Below, one piece after another: positions 27,393 through 35,934 of a DNA stretch of 64,000 bases. Source of the DNA: an uncultured delta proteobacterium. GTDB taxonomy: Bacteria > Myxococcota > Myxococcia > Myxococcales > Myxococcaceae. Within the stretch, counting starts at the first letter, position 1. Every line of letters starts with the position of its first letter. The position numbers were made by a program, and so were the translations under genes. The DNA lies in contig CAVQKE010000001.1 in NCBI GenBank assembly GCA_963713045.1, positions 544,001 through 608,000 on the forward strand, in the 5' to 3' direction. Under the pieces are notes generated by a model. It ran no database searches. It saw only the letters and a list, made by a program, of their open reading frames with translations, and had not been told where the DNA came from.

Positions 27393-28875
27393 TTAGAAGC
27401 TCCCCGCGACGAGCGCGCCGCCGCCACCTGGAATGAGACTGGGCGCAACGGAGACGCTCGTCGTGCCGTGACCGCCCACGACGAGCAACACCACGCCGGT
27501 AGCCAGGGCCGCCAGCCCAATGCCTCCCGCGACGACCGCCAGGGTTTGTCTGGACTTGATGGTGTTATTGGCCGACGCGAATTCGCTCTGGTAGTTCGGC
27601 GGGAAGGCCCCGTTGACCTGCTTGGCGCTCAACGAATTTTTGGCGTCGTTGGCCGAGATGAAAGCAGCGACGCCCACCCCCACGCCGAGCAGGCCGACGC
27701 CACCCACCACCCAGCCAGCGATTTGAAGGCCGGTATTGGGATGGCTGACCGGGGCGGCGGCCGGAGTCGGCTTCGGGGCACTGGAGACGGTCACAATGGG
27801 TGGAGGGACGTCGGTGTCGCCTTTGGGCAGAACTTCCACCTGCGGCGCCGGGTGCCCGGTCTGAAAAAAAGCGGCCAAGGTCGCGAACGCCTCGCTTTCG
27901 GGGGAACCGGCGAGAAGCTTGACGCGGGCGGTTTGCAGTTGGTTTCCCTCGGCAGTGACTTCGGTGACGCTGGCATAGCGGCCCGCGCCCCAATTGAGAG
28001 TGCGAACGCCGTAGATTTTGCCCGCGTGCAGCAGGGGAAGCAGCCGCGCGAGCGCCGTGGCCATCTCTGGCACCGGCTCGACGCAGGGGCCGCCGTCCGG
28101 TGCGACGGCCCCTTCCACCGCAGCGGCCAGTTCGACCGTCTTGGTCGGCGTGGGGGGCGCCGGAACGGTGACGGTGCGCGACAGACCGCGGTATCCCCAG
28201 TCCACTTCGACGCGGTAGTCGCCCGCCGGCAGACGGAGCGAGAGGGGGGCGGCACCGACGGGCTTGCCGCCCACAAATGTCGGCCGGCCGGGCGGAGAGA
28301 GGTCGATGTCCAGTCGGTTGGTGGGCAGCTTTTTCGCGGCCTTCCGCACGTCATCTGCGAAGCGCTGGAAGGAGGGCGGATACACCGAAGTATCCGGCTT
28401 GTAATTGGGGTCCACCCAGAAGAGCCGACTCAGCGTCGCGGCGGCGGTGGCGCGGTCGGTCTTCAGCTCCATCTGGGCCTGGAAGGTGAGCATGTCGCGC
28501 TCGGCCAACCAGCGGGCCTCGGAGGGCATGAGCCGGACGATGTCGTCGAGGGCGCCCTTCACCGCGGAGAGGGCCGCATCCGCCTTGTCCGAATAAAAGT
28601 CGTCTGCGGGCCGAGGTGAGGGCGGCCAGCAATTCGGGGAGGGTGCGCTCGGCCAACCCGCCGAGCGGCGCGGCGGTCTGCACCTCGGGCTGCACCGAGG
28701 CCCCAACCCGTTGGGTGAGCGCCGTCCGAAAGCTGCGCGCTGCGATGGCACTGCCGGCGACGGCGCATTGGCCGACCGCGACGACGGCACTCTGCGGCGC
28801 CCCTTGAGCCGCGGCGGATTGCGCCGCCAGCGCCAGCGTCGCTGTTGCCCAAGTCCAGGTCCAGCGTGCTCGCAT
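27393..28875 (-). pseudogene. PEGA-domain membrane protein, frameshifted at ~28605 (likely assembly indel)
   Basis: The N-terminal ORF (MRARWTW...LTSAR, signal peptide) continues in another frame (DDFYSDKADAAL...). PEGA-like VGGKPVGAAPLSLRLPAGDYRVEV; C-terminal TMs and VAPSLIPGGGGALVAGSF. Confidence 0.75.
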
Positions 28876-28937
28876 CGCCCACCCTCCCCTCGCGCCGCCC
28901 GGGCGCCCCCCTGGGCCCATTCCCGACGGCGCGCGCT

Positions 28938-30587
28938 CTAGTCGGTGATGAAGTTGTACTTCAGCGACTGCGTCTTCCCGGATTCAATGGTCACAATCCA
29001 CTTCTTTGTTGTGCGGTTGACCAGGCGGACGTCATGGACTCCTGGGGACAACGCGATGCGCTTGCTGAGCCCCTCGATGTCGCCGTGGGATTTGCCGTCG
29101 ATGAGAAGCTTCCCCCAGGGCGTGGCCTCCACCACCACAAACCCCGGGGCCTCGGTCGGGGCAGGCGCCGGTGCGGCAGCAGGCGAGGCGACGGCCGGCG
29201 CCGCGGCTGGGGCCGGCGGTCGACTCGACCCCGGGGCGATGGGTGAGGCGCCCGGCGAACTGGCCGTCTCGGCCTGGGGCGCGGGGGCGGCCGGTGGGGG
29301 CGAGGACATGCGCTGGCCCAAGAAGAAGACGGCCACCAGGACTGCGAAGACAGCGAGGCCGACCAGGGCGGCGACGATGTTTTTCCGCGTCCCGCCGACG
29401 CCGGCCCCACCGGCGCCGGTGGTTGGCGAGCGCTGCGTCACCACCGAGGCGACGGCGCCGCCGGTGGGAGTGCCGCCGGGCACGGGCTGTTTTCCGCTTT
29501 GTTTGGTGGTGAAGGCGAAGGCGGCAGCGTCCATGGCCACTGGCGCCATGCCGAGCGAGGGCGTGCCGCCGCGGACGGCGAGCCCCTCGGCCATGCCCGC
29601 TCCTCGGTTGAGAGGCGGCGTGAGGAGCTGGAGGGGAACTTCGGGCTCGGTCTGGTCTGCCTGGAAGTCGTCCGCAAAGAATTCGCGGAGATAGGCGCCG
29701 ACGTCCGCGTCCTCGGGCGAGAGCGTGTGGTGGATGACGTACTGCTGCAAGGCACGTTCGAATTCGTGGGCGTTCTGGTAGCGGCCCACCGGGTCGCGGA
29801 GCAACGCCCGCAGGACGATGCCGTCGAGTTCCTGGTCCACCTCAGAATTGATGCGGGCGGGGGATTCGATGGGCCGCTCCTGGACGGCGCGAAGCACCGC
29901 CACGTCGCTGTCGCCGTCGAAGAGCTTGCCTTGGGTCAACAGCTCCCAGAGGGTGATGCCGAGGGCGAAAATGTCGGTACGCGCGTCCACCGGCTCGCCT
30001 CGGGATTGCTCCGGCGACATGTAGGCGAACTTGCCTTTCAGCATTCCGGCGGTGGTGGCACGGTTTCCGGCCTTGGCGATGCCGAAGTCGGTCAGCTTCA
30101 CGGAGCCGTCGTAGGAGACGAGAATGTTGTGGGGGGTGACGTCCCGGTGGACCAGGTTGAGGGGCTTGCCGTGGTCCGTCATCCGGTGGGCATAAGCCAG
30201 CCCCCGCGCTACCTCGAGCGCGATTTGCGCGGCCAGCACGGCGGGGAACTTCGACTGGCGTTCGCGGGTCCGCCGCTGCACCTCCGCCAGGGACTTGCCC
30301 CGCACGTATTCCATCGCCAGGTAGTAGCTGTCCCCGTGCTGGTCGAAGTCGAAGATGTGGACGATGTTGGGGTGGTTCAGCTTGCTGGCCACCCGCGCTT
30401 CGGCGATGAACATCTGGACAAAGCTCGGGTCATCGGCGAGCGCTGAGCGGATGCGCTTGATGACGACTTCTTTCTCGAAGCCCTCTGGGCCGCGAGAGGC
30501 AGCCAGGAAAATCTCCGCCATTCCGCCTTCGGCAATCTTGCGCCGAACGACGTAGCGGCCGACGGGGGTCCCTGGAGTCAACGACAC
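28938..30587 (-). CDS. Transmembrane Ser/Thr protein kinase with C-terminal PEGA-like domain
   Basis: IAEGGMAEI, VVIKRI, HRDVTPHN, DFGIAK, YMSPEQ; TM IVAALVGLAVFAVLVAVFFLG; EATPWGKLLIDG. Confidence 0.95.
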   Translation of the reverse strand: MSLTPGTPVGRYVVRRKIAEGGMAEIFLAASRGPEGFEKEVVIKRIRSALADDPSFVQMFIAEARVASKLNHPNIVHIFDFDQHGDSYYLAMEYVRGKSLAEVQRRTRERQSKFPAVLAAQIALEVARGLAYAHRMTDHGKPLNLVHRDVTPHNILVSYDGSVKLTDFGIAKAGNRATTAGMLKGKFAYMSPEQSRGEPVDARTDIFALGITLWELLTQGKLFDGDSDVAVLRAVQERPIESPARINSEVDQELDGIVLRALLRDPVGRYQNAHEFERALQQYVIHHTLSPEDADVGAYLREFFADDFQADQTEPEVPLQLLTPPLNRGAGMAEGLAVRGGTPSLGMAPVAMDAAAFAFTTKQSGKQPVPGGTPTGGAVASVVTQRSPTTGAGGAGVGGTRKNIVAALVGLAVFAVLVAVFFLGQRMSSPPPAAPAPQAETASSPGASPIAPGSSRPPAPAAAPAVASPAAAPAPAPTEAPGFVVVEATPWGKLLIDGKSHGDIEGLSKRIALSPGVHDVRLVNRTTKKWIVTIESGKTQSLKYNFITD

Positions 30588-30678
30588 GGTTTTGCAGACT
30601 AACCCGACCCCCGGCCAGAGGTCGCGCCCGCCCGTACCTCCGTGGGGCGCCTGGCACCCCCCCGCCGGGGGCCGTTCT

Positions 30679-31296
30679 TCAGTGGACGGCCGGACGGGCC
30701 TTGCGCCGCTTTGTGATGAATTCCATGGTTGACACGAAGAGTTGGTCTTCGGTGTAGCGCCGGCGGTTCCTGCTCGGCCGGGGGACGTGGAAGGCCGGGG
30801 GCCGTTCCAGCCATTGCAGGACTCTCACTGGCCCCCGGTGCGCGAACGCAGCGAGCACCTCCGGCGGACACCGCCTCAAGTAGCGACGGACGAGCGGGCG
30901 AAATGTCTTCCGGAAGGCCACCCCCAGGCAGGCGTGACGACGCGATGGGTCAAGCGTCCCATCAAACGTTGCGCTGACGTGGAAAAGCTCATGGAGGAGC
31001 GTCTCGACCCGCGCTTCGGGGGTGGAGGCCCGGAAGAAAAGTGGCCGCAGGGTGATGCAGTACAGCATCCGCCGCCCATGCAGGCGGACCACCGGCTTGC
31101 GTAAGCCGGTGGCGTCGCGGCTCTTGCCACCGGCGAAGGTCAGCGGCTTGACGCTGCCTCGGGAGGCTCGCCGGGCCTCGCCGGCGACAACCAAAATGCG
31201 CGCGGGTTGGACGTGGGAGAATTCCGGCATCCGGACTGAGACATCGGTCAGCAGCTCCCGGATGGCGCGGTTGAGGTCGAGGGGAGCTCTGGGCAC
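30679..31296 (-). CDS. Putative zinc metallopeptidase
   Basis: TLLHELFH (HExxH) motif. Confidence 0.7.
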   Translation of the reverse strand: MPRAPLDLNRAIRELLTDVSVRMPEFSHVQPARILVVAGEARRASRGSVKPLTFAGGKSRDATGLRKPVVRLHGRRMLYCITLRPLFFRASTPEARVETLLHELFHVSATFDGTLDPSRRHACLGVAFRKTFRPLVRRYLRRCPPEVLAAFAHRGPVRVLQWLERPPAFHVPRPSRNRRRYTEDQLFVSTMEFITKRRKARPAVH

Positions 31297-31333
31297 CGGC
31301 TTGGCCTACAAAGCATGGTAGCAGTTCACCGCG

Positions 31334-32029
31334 GTGACCGTCTTCCTGCTCGGCGAGGACGAGGAGGCGTTTCCGCCCCCAGAGGCGGCGGACAGAAGCG
31401 GTCTGCTCGCGGTGGGGGGAACGCTGACGCCCCGGCGGTTGGTCGCCGGCTACCGGCGCGGGATTTTCCCTTGGTACGCCCCCGGACAGCCCGTCCTTTG
31501 GCACTCGCCGGACCCGCGCTTTGTGCTGCCGCCCGGTCGGCTGCACGTGCCCCGGAGCCTGCGAAAGACGCTGCGTCGAGGTCCCTTCGTTCTCCGGGCC
31601 GACACCGCCTTCGAGCGAGTGGTTGAGGCGTGCGCCGAAAGCCCGCGGCCGGGGCAGGACGGAACGTGGATTACCGCTGAGATGCGCACCGCCTATACCG
31701 CGCTGCACCGCCTCGGCATCGCCCACTCGGTGGAGGCCTGGCAGGGCCAGGCGCTGGTCGGCGGCTTGTACGGCGTGGCTGTGGGCAGCGTCTTCTTTGG
31801 GGAGAGCATGTTCACCCACGTTCCCGACGCCTCCAAGGCGGCCTTCGTCACCCTGGCACAGGCGCTGTTCGCCGCCGGGTGCCGGCTCATCGATTGCCAA
31901 GTGGAGACCGAGCATCTGGAGCGCTTCGGCGCCGAGGCCTGGCCTCGCCGTCGGTTTTTGCGCGAGTTGGCCAGCGCCGTGGAGGGCCCGTCCCTTGTGT
32001 CCGTCTTCGGGAAGCTGCAAGGCGGCTGA
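31334..32029 (+). CDS. aat: Leucyl/phenylalanyl-tRNA--protein transferase
   Basis: GLLAVGG, GIFPWY, WHSPDPRFVL, HSVEAW, GGLYGV, FFGESMF, DASK, LIDCQ. Confidence 0.97.
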   Translation: MTVFLLGEDEEAFPPPEAADRSGLLAVGGTLTPRRLVAGYRRGIFPWYAPGQPVLWHSPDPRFVLPPGRLHVPRSLRKTLRRGPFVLRADTAFERVVEACAESPRPGQDGTWITAEMRTAYTALHRLGIAHSVEAWQGQALVGGLYGVAVGSVFFGESMFTHVPDASKAAFVTLAQALFAAGCRLIDCQVETEHLERFGAEAWPRRRFLRELASAVEGPSLVSVFGKLQGG

Positions 32030-32063
32030 CGTCGGGTGCGGCGGCGCGTTACAGGTACCACCT

Positions 32064-32489
32064 GTGACGGGTCCGACGCCTTCTCAGCGACGCGAGAGCC
32101 CCGGCGCGCGTTGGGTGGTGGTGGCTGCCCTGGCGCTGGCCGTGCTGCTCGCTGTCGGCGTGCGGGGACTCCTGTCGGCGCGGGTGGTGCAGAGCCGCGC
32201 CATCGCGCTGTTGCAAGCGGGTAAGCCCCTGGAGGCCCTGGACGAGGCCGACACTCGCCTGTCTCAAGACCCGGACGACCCCCACCTTCGCAACGTGGCC
32301 GTGGAGGCGGCCAGGCGAGGCGTCGCCCAGCTGCTCAAGACACGGGACGTGGGACAGGTCGCCGACTGGCTGGAGGAGCAGCTCCGGCGACGCCCCTACC
32401 TCCGGGCGGCGCTCCAGCCACGGCTGGAGGAACTCCAGGCGGCGGCGCGGGCGGAGAATTCAGCCGGGCAGCGCAGCCAGCCGCGCTAG
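32064..32489 (+). CDS. Small membrane-anchored helical protein (start uncertain)
   Basis: TM WVVVAALALAVLLAVGV, then TPR-like helices; fills the gap after aat. Confidence 0.55.
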   Translation: MTGPTPSQRRESPGARWVVVAALALAVLLAVGVRGLLSARVVQSRAIALLQAGKPLEALDEADTRLSQDPDDPHLRNVAVEAARRGVAQLLKTRDVGQVADWLEEQLRRRPYLRAALQPRLEELQAAARAENSAGQRSQPR

Positions 32490-32510
32490 CCCAGCCCCCC
32501 CAAGGACGCC

Positions 32511-32780
32511 CTACAGCCCCGGCTCCTCGCGGTCGTGTGCGTGGCGAATGGCCCTCCGCAGGGTGTCATCGATGCGGTTCGAATCGACAATGACCTTGCC
32601 GTCGTGAATGGCACGGACGGCATGGAAGGGAACGGTCATGTCTCCGGTCCCCTCGACGTTCACCACCAACATCGGGTGCGGGCTGGTCCGAATGTCGCGG
32701 ACGGCGCCGAAGGTGGTCCCTCCCTCCTCCAGAAACACCTGGTCTCCGAAGTGCACGTCACTCACTTTGAGGGTCGTCAT
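32511..32780 (-). CDS. Small hypothetical protein, PRC-barrel-like
   Basis: ATG32780; GDQVFLEEGGTTFGAVRDI...VPFHAVRAIHDGKVIV. Confidence 0.65.
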   Translation of the reverse strand: MTTLKVSDVHFGDQVFLEEGGTTFGAVRDIRTSPHPMLVVNVEGTGDMTVPFHAVRAIHDGKVIVDSNRIDDTLRRAIRHAHDREEPGL

Positions 32781-32835
32781 GACGCGTCGGGACGGTAGCG
32801 AATCCTTTCCCAGCCGGCTGCGTTGAAAGAGAAGC

Positions 32836-35019
32836 ATGCGTGCGCTTGCCCGACTCTTTCCGCGCGACCCCCGGGTCCTCCAACTCCTATTCCTTGGCAC
32901 TTTCCTGGTGCTCGGGCTCGCCGCGCTGGGCTTCCGGGTTGAGCCGTGGATGCCGCCTCTGCTGGTGGCCACCGCTTGTGGAACGCAGCGCTTGTGCGAG
33001 CGTTTGCTCCACCGGCCCCCGAGCGGCTACCTCTCGCCTCTCATCACCGCGCTTGGGTTGTCTCTGCTTCTGCGCACTGACACCTGGTGGGTCGCACCAC
33101 TGGCGGCGGTGGTCGCCATCTCATCGAAATTCCTCATCCGGGTTCGCGGAAAGCACATCTTCAACCCCGCCAACCTGGGCCTGACGGTGGCCATTCTCCT
33201 CACCGGCCATGCCTGGTGCTCCCCGGCGCAGTGGGGCGAGTGGGGAATTCTGTTGGCCTGGCTCTTCGCCTTGGGCTTGGCGGTCGCTCATCGTGCCTTT
33301 CGCACCGACGTGAGCCTCGCCTTCCTCATCTCCTGGATAGGACTGAAGGGGGCACGGGTGCTCGTCCTCGGGCAGCCGGCGGCGGTGCTGCTGCATCAGC
33401 TCGAGGTGGGAAGCCTCATTCTTTTCACCTTCTTCATGATTTCTGACCCGAAGACCACGCCAGACCGCCGAGGTGGGCGGATTGGCTACGGCGTCGCGGT
33501 GGCGGGACTCGCCTTTTGGCTCCAGCACCAGCTGTGGGTGATGAATTCCCCCATTTGGGCGCTGCTGTTGCTCGCCCCGCTGGTCCCAATCATCGATGGG
33601 CTGTGGCCCGCCACCCCTTTTCAATGGCCCACCGGGCCCTTCACCCAAGGCCGCACCGTGCGTTCCGTCCGCGTCGTCGTTCCGGCAGTCCTCGCCGTTG
33701 TTGCTCTCAGCGCCGTCCCCGCCCACGCCTTCTGCGGCTTCTACGTCGGAAAGGCCGATAGCCAGCTCTTCAATGACGCGTCCCAAGTGGCCCTGGTCCG
33801 TGACGGGGACCGAACGGTGCTCACCATGAGCAACGACTACCAGGGACCGCTGAGCGAGTTTGCCTTGGTGGTCCCGGTGCCCAGCGTGCTGCAGAAAGAG
33901 CAAATCCACATCGGCGACCGAAAGCTTCTGGAGCACCTGGACGCCTACTCGGCTCCCCGGTTGGTCGAGTACTTCGACCCGGACCCGTGCGCCCGCCAAT
34001 ACCCGTATCTGGAAAGTGCGGCGGCGGGCGCCCCCAGCGCGAAGGCGCAGTCGCTGAGGGAGGCGCGCAGCGATGCAGCCCTCGGCATCACCATCGAAGC
34101 CCAGTACACGGTCGGCGAATACGACATTCTTATTCTCTCGGCCAAGGAGTCCTCGGGCCTGGAGACCTGGCTCCGGCAGAATGGCTACCGCATTCCAGAA
34201 AAGGCGTCGGCCGCGCTCCAACCCTACATCCGTCAGGACATGAAGTTTTTCGTGGCCAAAGTGAACCTGGAGCAGCAGGCGAGCACCGGCCTGCAGTACT
34301 TGCGGCCGCTGCAGATTGCGTATGAGTCCAGAAAATTCATGCTTCCCATCCGTCTGGGGATGGCCAACGCCCGCGGCCCCCAGGACATGGTGGTTTACGC
34401 CCTGACCCGCCAGGGGCGCGTGGAGTCGGTCAACTACCGCACCATCCGGGTGCCTTCGGACGTCACCCTTCCTGACTTTGTGAAGGATGAGTTCGGCAGG
34501 TTCTACAAGGCCACCTTCGCCCAGGCGCTGACTCGGGAAGGCAGCAGAGCCCTTTTCACCGAATACAGCTGGAACATGGGCTGGTGTGACCCCTGCGCGG
34601 CGCAGCCCCTGGCCCGGGATGAGCTTCAGCAGCTGGGCGTTTTCTGGCTCGACAACTCCTCTGGCCAGTCCTTTCTCCCGGGCATGAGGCGTCCTGGACC
34701 GGTGGGTGGTGTCAACGTACAGCTGACGCGGCTTCACGTCCGCTACGACGCCGCGCACTTCCCGGAGGACCTGGTCTTCCAGGAGACAGCCGACCGAGGC
34801 AACTTCCAGGCGCGCTACGTCCTCCAGCACGCTTTCAAGGGGGCGATGGACTGCTCAGCGGCGGCCGACTACCGCCGCAGTTTGGTGGAGCGGCACAACA
34901 AGGAAGCGCAGACCCTGGCCGACCTCACCGGCTGGTCGATGGCAGACATTCGCCGGCAGATGGGTTCGGACGCTCCGCCTCCGGCTGACCCGGCCTGGTG
35001 GAAGAGGATTTGGCAATGA
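32836..35019 (+). CDS. Fusion of NqrB/RnfD-like membrane domain and exported DUF2330 domain
   Basis: N-terminal half: DPRVLQ, SKFLIRVRGKHIFNPAN, FFMISDPKTTP and many TMs. C-terminal half from ~33658: AHAFCGFYV, LDAYSAPRLVEYFDPDPC, WLRQNGY, MLPIRLG, LTRLHVRY. Confidence 0.85.
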   Translation: MRALARLFPRDPRVLQLLFLGTFLVLGLAALGFRVEPWMPPLLVATACGTQRLCERLLHRPPSGYLSPLITALGLSLLLRTDTWWVAPLAAVVAISSKFLIRVRGKHIFNPANLGLTVAILLTGHAWCSPAQWGEWGILLAWLFALGLAVAHRAFRTDVSLAFLISWIGLKGARVLVLGQPAAVLLHQLEVGSLILFTFFMISDPKTTPDRRGGRIGYGVAVAGLAFWLQHQLWVMNSPIWALLLLAPLVPIIDGLWPATPFQWPTGPFTQGRTVRSVRVVVPAVLAVVALSAVPAHAFCGFYVGKADSQLFNDASQVALVRDGDRTVLTMSNDYQGPLSEFALVVPVPSVLQKEQIHIGDRKLLEHLDAYSAPRLVEYFDPDPCARQYPYLESAAAGAPSAKAQSLREARSDAALGITIEAQYTVGEYDILILSAKESSGLETWLRQNGYRIPEKASAALQPYIRQDMKFFVAKVNLEQQASTGLQYLRPLQIAYESRKFMLPIRLGMANARGPQDMVVYALTRQGRVESVNYRTIRVPSDVTLPDFVKDEFGRFYKATFAQALTREGSRALFTEYSWNMGWCDPCAAQPLARDELQQLGVFWLDNSSGQSFLPGMRRPGPVGGVNVQLTRLHVRYDAAHFPEDLVFQETADRGNFQARYVLQHAFKGAMDCSAAADYRRSLVERHNKEAQTLADLTGWSMADIRRQMGSDAPPPADPAWWKRIWQ

Positions 35020-35030
35020 GGGGCCTTCTG

Positions 35031-35834
35031 TCAGTCGAACACCTCCACCACGTCCCCCACCCGCACCGTGCCCACGCCCTGATGGGCAAGGTAACGGCCG
35101 AAAATGACGCCTCCCCGGTCGCGGCGAAAGTTGCCCAGCGTCGCCAAGGGCTCCTTGGCTGAGACTCCGGTGGCCTGGTCGACGGTGGTGATGACGCAGC
35201 GTTCGCAGGACTTAACCACCTGAAACGTCACGCCAGCAATCCGCACGCGCTTCCAGCCGTCTTCGGCAAATTCCGGACAGCCGTCGACGACGAGGTTGGG
35301 CCGAAAGCGGTTCATGGGCACTGCCTCGGCGAGGCGCGCGTTGAGAGCGGCCAGCGAGGCCAGCGAGAGGAGAAGCAGCGGGTAGCCGTCAGGAAAGGCG
35401 ACCTCTGCGCCAGGTGCATGGGCCGCCTCGGCCACCGGACGCTCGAAGCCGGTGCCAATGCGCACCAACCGCACCGGCTGCTGAAGGTACTCGGAGAACC
35501 ACTGCGCGGCGGTCTCGCCCTGGTCGAGGGCGACGCAGGTGTCGTTCCAGATGGACACCGTCCGCGCGGGGCCAGCCCGTCCCGTCGCCGGCAGCTCAAG
35601 CGCTGGCCTGCCCGGAGCGCGGAGCGTCAACAGCTCTTGGCCAAGTGCTGGCTGGACGAGGGCGAGTCGTGGCTGCGTCCGTTGGGAAATGAAGCGGCCG
35701 TCGGCGTCGACCACCATCCAGTTGCGGTCATGCCGGAAGCCCCAGCGGTCCAGGGTGGCTGCGCCCAGTGGAATGCCGCCACAGGACTTCACCGGGTAGA
35801 CGTTGACGTTGACCACACGCAGGGGTGGAGTCAT
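35031..35834 (-). CDS. MOSC-domain protein (YcbX/mARC-like)
   Basis: YPVKSC, DRNWMVVD, FPDGYPLLL, RFRPNLVV, CERCVITT. Confidence 0.93.
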   Translation of the reverse strand: MTPPLRVVNVNVYPVKSCGGIPLGAATLDRWGFRHDRNWMVVDADGRFISQRTQPRLALVQPALGQELLTLRAPGRPALELPATGRAGPARTVSIWNDTCVALDQGETAAQWFSEYLQQPVRLVRIGTGFERPVAEAAHAPGAEVAFPDGYPLLLLSLASLAALNARLAEAVPMNRFRPNLVVDGCPEFAEDGWKRVRIAGVTFQVVKSCERCVITTVDQATGVSAKEPLATLGNFRRDRGGVIFGRYLAHQGVGTVRVGDVVEVFD

Positions 35835-35934
35835 CTGGCGGGTCTCGCGTCGGCCTTCTGCCCGTCGGGGCCCCGGCGGGTGCGACGAACGGCCAGGACC
35901 TCGCGACGCGCCGAGCCGGTGACGGCGTGGCTCA

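Noticed and set aside
32836..33657. Part of an Nqr or Rnf respiratory complex
   Set aside because: No other nqr/rnf subunits nearby, and the domain is shortened and fused to DUF2330.
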